From a candidate division WOR-3 bacterium (lineage in GTDB: Bacteria; Hydrothermota; Tepidihabitantia; Tepidihabitantales; Tepidihabitantaceae), in contig CBFGJX010000002.1 of NCBI GenBank assembly GCA_965649225.1, positions 96,001-160,000 of the forward strand: 64,000 nucleotides of DNA, given 5' to 3'. Positions 60,185-64,000 of the stretch are shown piece after piece; the first letter of the stretch is position 1; every line of letters begins with the position of its first letter. The notes under the pieces are model-generated. The model worked only from the letters and a program-made list of their open reading frames with translations, ran no database searches and had not been told where the DNA came from. The translations under genes and the position numbers were made by a program.

Positions 60185-60859
60185 TCAGCGCGCGTTGCGA
60201 ACATCAACCGTGACAACAAACGAGTATGCCCGGTTACCGCTTGAGTCCGACGCCGCCGCATAGATCGTGTGGTAGCCATTGCCGACTGAACGGCTGTCCC
60301 AATAGCAGATCCACGGCGACGAATACATCACTGCCAGCGGATCGCCGTCCAGAAACACCGCCACTTCACTTACTCCCCGGTTGTCCGAAGCGATGGCCTC
60401 AACCCGCACTGTATCAGACACTACCGACCACGACGCCGGCCTGACCACGGCAACATATGGCGGTTCGCGGTCCGGCGGTGGAACATTCGCGGTGATATTG
60501 ACGACAACCGGTGGCGTATGGGCCTCGTTGCCCGCTTTGTCCCGGGCAACACAATGAACCGTGTGGCCGCCAAGTGTGTCGGGGTACCACGACACCATGA
60601 ACGGTGCGGCCGTGGCCGCGGCGATGCTTTCGCCGTCGACAAAAAATACCACTCGTTCCAGCCGGCGGTTGTCATAGGCGTCGGCCCGGATGACAATCGT
60701 ATCCTGCCCGAATGTGCTCCAGCTTACCGGATAGAGGACCGCCACGTACGGTGGCGTAGCGTCATAGGTCAAATCTGCACACCCCGCTGCAAGCAGGCCA
60801 AACGCGGCTGGCAACAGCAGTGCCGGCAACCGGTGCAAAATATCTCCTTGAAGCCTCAT
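60185..60859 (-). CDS. Lipoprotein with two bacterial Ig-like domains
   Basis: Lipobox AAGC; two repeats PPYVAV..P.SWS...A.DN..V.F.DG...A.D..GN. Confidence 0.85.
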   Translation of the reverse strand: MRLQGDILHRLPALLLPAAFGLLAAGCADLTYDATPPYVAVLYPVSWSTFGQDTIVIRADAYDNRRLERVVFFVDGESIAAATAAPFMVSWYPDTLGGHTVHCVARDKAGNEAHTPPVVVNITANVPPPDREPPYVAVVRPASWSVVSDTVRVEAIASDNRGVSEVAVFLDGDPLAVMYSSPWICYWDSRSVGNGYHTIYAAASDSSGNRAYSFVVTVDVRNAR

Positions 60860-62718
60860 CGGTACACCTCCACCTCACCGGCAGTAGCGAGGTCAAACGT
60901 CAGATACACGAAAAGCCCGTCTTCCTCAGTGCGTTCGACCCGGCGCAGGGTGACGCCGCGCGCCCTCACGTTCAGCGCTGGGTCATCGAGCCGGATGGTC
61001 AGGCCGCGCACGGGTTCGGGATTACGGTTTGTTAGACTCAGCACGGTGCGGTCTTTCTGCGCCCGCACGCGCACCGCCACATTCCGCCAGACATTCCACC
61101 AGTCGGCGATATCCTCCAGCCCGGCCAACCACACATCTCCGTGCCCGGCCGCGCCGGCAAGGAAAGACCGGACCGGCTCCAGCGTGACGTCTGAGTATCC
61201 AGAGTACTGGGCGTGCAGATTCAGCACCATCATCCCGCGCCGCGGCCGCACCAGCTCACGCCACACCGACTGCAACCGGGCACCAAACCGCTGGGCATCC
61301 TGCTCCTGCGCCGCCGCCGGATAGCTCTGGGCGAGTGCGCCCGCGCCGTAAAAGCTCCAGTCCTCGACGGCCGGCGACAGTTCGAGCACGTTCGTCACCA
61401 GACAGTACCGGTCACGCACCCACACCGGGATATTGTAAGGAAACAGCGCACCGCCATAGCCGGCAATGTGGTCAACGAAAATCGACGACTCGTACTTGTA
61501 ACCACGACGACTCACAACGAACATGCCCGCGGCAGTACGGTTGCTGTAGGGAAAACGGAACCCGCGTACCGGCACGCGCACATGGTCTTCAAAGCGAACG
61601 AGTTCCCAGAGCGTCCGGCAGTAGTCGAGCTCCGAAAAGCGCGGATGCCGAAAGCTCAGACTCGCCAGTTCTACCCGTCGATTGCCCTTCAAGAATTCAA
61701 GCACCGGCATCGGCACAAGCCCGGTAGCAAACACCGTGACGCGGTCCATCCCACCGGCACGGGTCAACTCTGTCAGCATTGCCTTGGGCCCGCCTGCGGT
61801 CTCATTCCCGACCGTTTCGTTCAGCGTCACGGCCAGTGCGCATCGGCAGGCGTCGGGCCAGGGGTTGAAATAAACTTTCGGCCCCTCGCCCAGCGCCAGT
61901 TCAAACACTCCACGCCAGAAACCGACGATGGCCGGTACATCAGCGGCGCCGCCGTCAATCGACGGCTGCAGCAGCAGAAAATGTGGCACCATGACGCCCC
62001 AGCCACGGCCGCAAGAATTAACGGTTAGCGCCGGATAACTGGTCATACCATCAGTCCAGCGCGCCAGCGTCCGGAAGGTGCCGGCCGACTCCACCGGCAC
62101 CAGCAGCCAGTCGCCATCAAGTACCCGCGTGAGCTGGTCGCGATACCCGCTGAGCAGACCGGCAGCCGAATCCCTGACCATCCGGAACCCGGTAAGATCC
62201 ACCTCACGCATCGTGTAGCCAAAGACTTCTGCCAGCGGCCATTCAGAAGCCTCCACGACTCCATCCGAAACCGCCCGATCCTCACCATCTACCGTATTCC
62301 GCCCGATGTTCTCACCCGCAACGAGGATACCGCCCGAACGCACCCATTCCAACAGATTCACCATCGCCGCGCTGTCCAGGAACGACAACGAAAACTGTCG
62401 GTCGCCGTCGTGATACCCGGCGATAGTCGGGGCGACGATGATACGCACCGAGTCGAGCTTTGCCCGTTCGAGCAGCACCAACTTGTCAGCGACCTCAGCA
62501 AAGGCGCCCAGCGCGTTGAACGTCTCCAGACAAATGTTCGCCCCGGACGGCAACAGTCCCAGCCCGTCCGAACCCGTGGTTAGAAACAGTACCCGCGGGT
62601 ACACAAGAGCTGCATCGGCATCTACAGCACCAACCCTGGAACTCCTGTCCGAGCACGCTGACGTCAACAGCATGGCCATGGTCACACTGACAGCTGTCCT
62701 TTCAACCAATCGCAACAT
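60856..62718 (-). CDS. Lipoprotein with a GATase-like N-terminal part and a degenerate polysaccharide-deacetylase-like domain
   Basis: Lipobox TSAC; WVRSGG.LV; PWP....ALAVT, GFRFPY, YESS, FPY, NLH, VW......WW. Confidence 0.65.
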   Translation of the reverse strand: MLRLVERTAVSVTMAMLLTSACSDRSSRVGAVDADAALVYPRVLFLTTGSDGLGLLPSGANICLETFNALGAFAEVADKLVLLERAKLDSVRIIVAPTIAGYHDGDRQFSLSFLDSAAMVNLLEWVRSGGILVAGENIGRNTVDGEDRAVSDGVVEASEWPLAEVFGYTMREVDLTGFRMVRDSAAGLLSGYRDQLTRVLDGDWLLVPVESAGTFRTLARWTDGMTSYPALTVNSCGRGWGVMVPHFLLLQPSIDGGAADVPAIVGFWRGVFELALGEGPKVYFNPWPDACRCALAVTLNETVGNETAGGPKAMLTELTRAGGMDRVTVFATGLVPMPVLEFLKGNRRVELASLSFRHPRFSELDYCRTLWELVRFEDHVRVPVRGFRFPYSNRTAAGMFVVSRRGYKYESSIFVDHIAGYGGALFPYNIPVWVRDRYCLVTNVLELSPAVEDWSFYGAGALAQSYPAAAQEQDAQRFGARLQSVWRELVRPRRGMMVLNLHAQYSGYSDVTLEPVRSFLAGAAGHGDVWLAGLEDIADWWNVWRNVAVRVRAQKDRTVLSLTNRNPEPVRGLTIRLDDPALNVRARGVTLRRVERTEEDGLFVYLTFDLATAGEVEVYR

Positions 62719-62942
62719 TGTAGCGTATCATTGTAGCAGAATCGTCCGCTTCATGCTACGGGAAATTACTGGACCGACAGGCAGCAGCCTTCTCTCACAG
62801 CCAGCCCGTGCCTGATGCGCCAACGAACGAAGCCGTTGCCAGCCGGATTGCTGTAGACGGCGATTGTTGACAGTAGAAACACCTCCGGGAAAATCTTGCT
62901 ATTCTAAATGAGCAACGTAACTTGAGAGTGAGGTATTCGGTC

Positions 62943-63854
62943 ATGTCCAGAGTATCAGCAGCACTTGCCGTGTCTCTTCTAATGGCCGTCCCTGCCTTTG
63001 GCCAGCTGGTAGTCAACGGCGATTTCGAACAGCCGCTGGACGTCGGCTGGAGCGACACCGTTGTCGGCTATGTCGGCGAAGCCCGGTTCGAGCGCAGCGA
63101 TACGCTGGGCCAGCCGGTTCCCGGTTTTGCCGCGCGGGTATACAAGACTCTGGCCAGCTATGCATCACTGTACCAGACCGTCGAGATTCCTGATGTGAAC
63201 GTGACGCTGAGTTTCGATGCGCGTTTCCGCATCGGCGGCGGTTCTTCGACCTGCTGGCCGGTGGCGGTGTTCATGGTGCGTTACCTCGACGAGTCGGACC
63301 GGCATCTGGGCAAGACCCGGTTCTACCTGCATGACCAGTACTGCAACTGGGAACGCAGCGATACGTCCAACCTGATCGAAATCACCAACCCCGACCTCTG
63401 GGGCAGTTACGAACTTTCCATCCGCGACGAGCTGCAGAATAACCTGACCGGCATCAACCCCAGCCTGGTACGCAAGCTCTGCCTTGAACTGTTCGCATAC
63501 GACAACGGCACCTGAGGCGGCGGCTGGGCGGAGGTCTCCGCCGACAGAATCACTCTCAGCCCTTCGGGCGTTGAAGAGGGCCGTGTCGCTTCGGCGCCGA
63601 CCGGCCTGCGCGTAGCGCCCAATCCAGTCAATACCGCCAGCCGCGTGCAGTTCGTTCAGCCGCGGGCCGGGCAGGTGACCTGCGCGGTCTTCGACGCGGG
63701 CGGGCGGCGCGTGGCGACCCTGTTTGACGGCGTGCTCGGCGCGGGCCGGCACGAGCTGGACTGGAATGCCGCAGGGCTAAACCCGGGAGTCTACGTGGTG
63801 CGGGTCGAGGGTGCGGCCGCAGGCTCGGTGCGCGCGGTCAGGACGGCCCGCTAG
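62943..63854 (+). CDS. Candidate secreted selenoprotein: signal peptide, jelly-roll (CBM-like) domain with Sec191, T9SS-type CTD (303 aa)
   Basis: Track ORFs 62922-63515 and 63645-63854 share a frame with a single TGA (63513-63515) between them. The read-through text GGGWAEVSADRITL-SPSGVEE...VAPNP...VFDAGGRRVATL...LNPGVYVVRV is a coherent domain end plus CTD. A SECIS-like hairpin follows the TGA. Confidence 0.75.
63527..63542 (+). promoter_or_regulatory. Bacterial SECIS-like element
   Basis: GGCGG-AGGTCT-CCGCC starting after an 11-nt spacer from TGA; extendable by CTG(63524-26)/CAG(63545-47). Confidence 0.72.
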
Positions 63855-63872
63855 GCGCGGATAGGATACGCC

Positions 63873-64000
63873 ATGAGAGCACACGCCTTACTGCTGATCA
63901 TCGCACTTGCCGGCGCGGCTTTGGCAACCGATACCCTGAACTGCCGGCTCGTGGGCAACTGGCCTTTCGGCGCTGCGACGGCCGTCGCCGTCGACCCGGC
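63873..64000 (+). CDS. Secreted protein, N-terminus only (LVIVD-repeat-like start); runs off the window
   Basis: MRAHALLLIIALAGAALA-TDTLNCRLVGNWPFGAATAVAVDP; AGGA SD upstream. Confidence 0.7.
   Translation, partial: MRAHALLLIIALAGAALATDTLNCRLVGNWPFGAATAVAVDP

Noticed and set aside
63513..63515. Genome-wide UGA reassignment (Gly or Trp) as the explanation of the in-frame TGA
   Set aside because: Many conserved genes here end at TGA at their expected C-termini (eno, glyA, plsY, lptF, nadB), often coupled to the next start, and no other gene shows an internal TGA.
63645..63854. 69-aa ORF as an independent gene
   Set aside because: It is a partial CTD with no SD or signal peptide; the domain starts upstream (VAPNP) in frame with the preceding ORF.

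Overview
A 64-kb bacterial chromosomal window from a diderm organism. Several secreted proteins end in T9SS/FlgD-Ig-like C-terminal sorting domains, and the protein style suggests the FCB superphylum, possibly candidate division WOR-3 (inference, not a database result). Most of it is housekeeping: glnA (partial), lptE, rlmD, polX, lptFG, apgM, plsY-gpsA, purM, xerD, nadB, tadA with two tRNAs, trmI, a btuFCD-like ABC transporter, ftsB-eno-glyA, gdhA, alpha-2-macroglobulin-pbpC, split rsmF and DUF763. It also holds large secreted modular proteins and a five-gene synthase-dependent exopolysaccharide operon (53642-62718). The most striking signal is at 62943-63854: a secreted jelly-roll + CTD gene interrupted by one in-frame TGA (63513-63515). 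Exactly 11 nt after it is a hairpin with the apical sequence AGGUCU, matching the E. coli fdhF SECIS, so this is a candidate new secreted selenoprotein family. Also notable: tadA sits between its own substrate tRNA-Arg(ACG) and tRNA-Ser(CGA); about nine genes have a promoter geometry implying leaderless mRNAs; and there is a divergent pair of small Cys-rich orphan ORFs. No CRISPR array, rRNA, transposase or prophage was seen.
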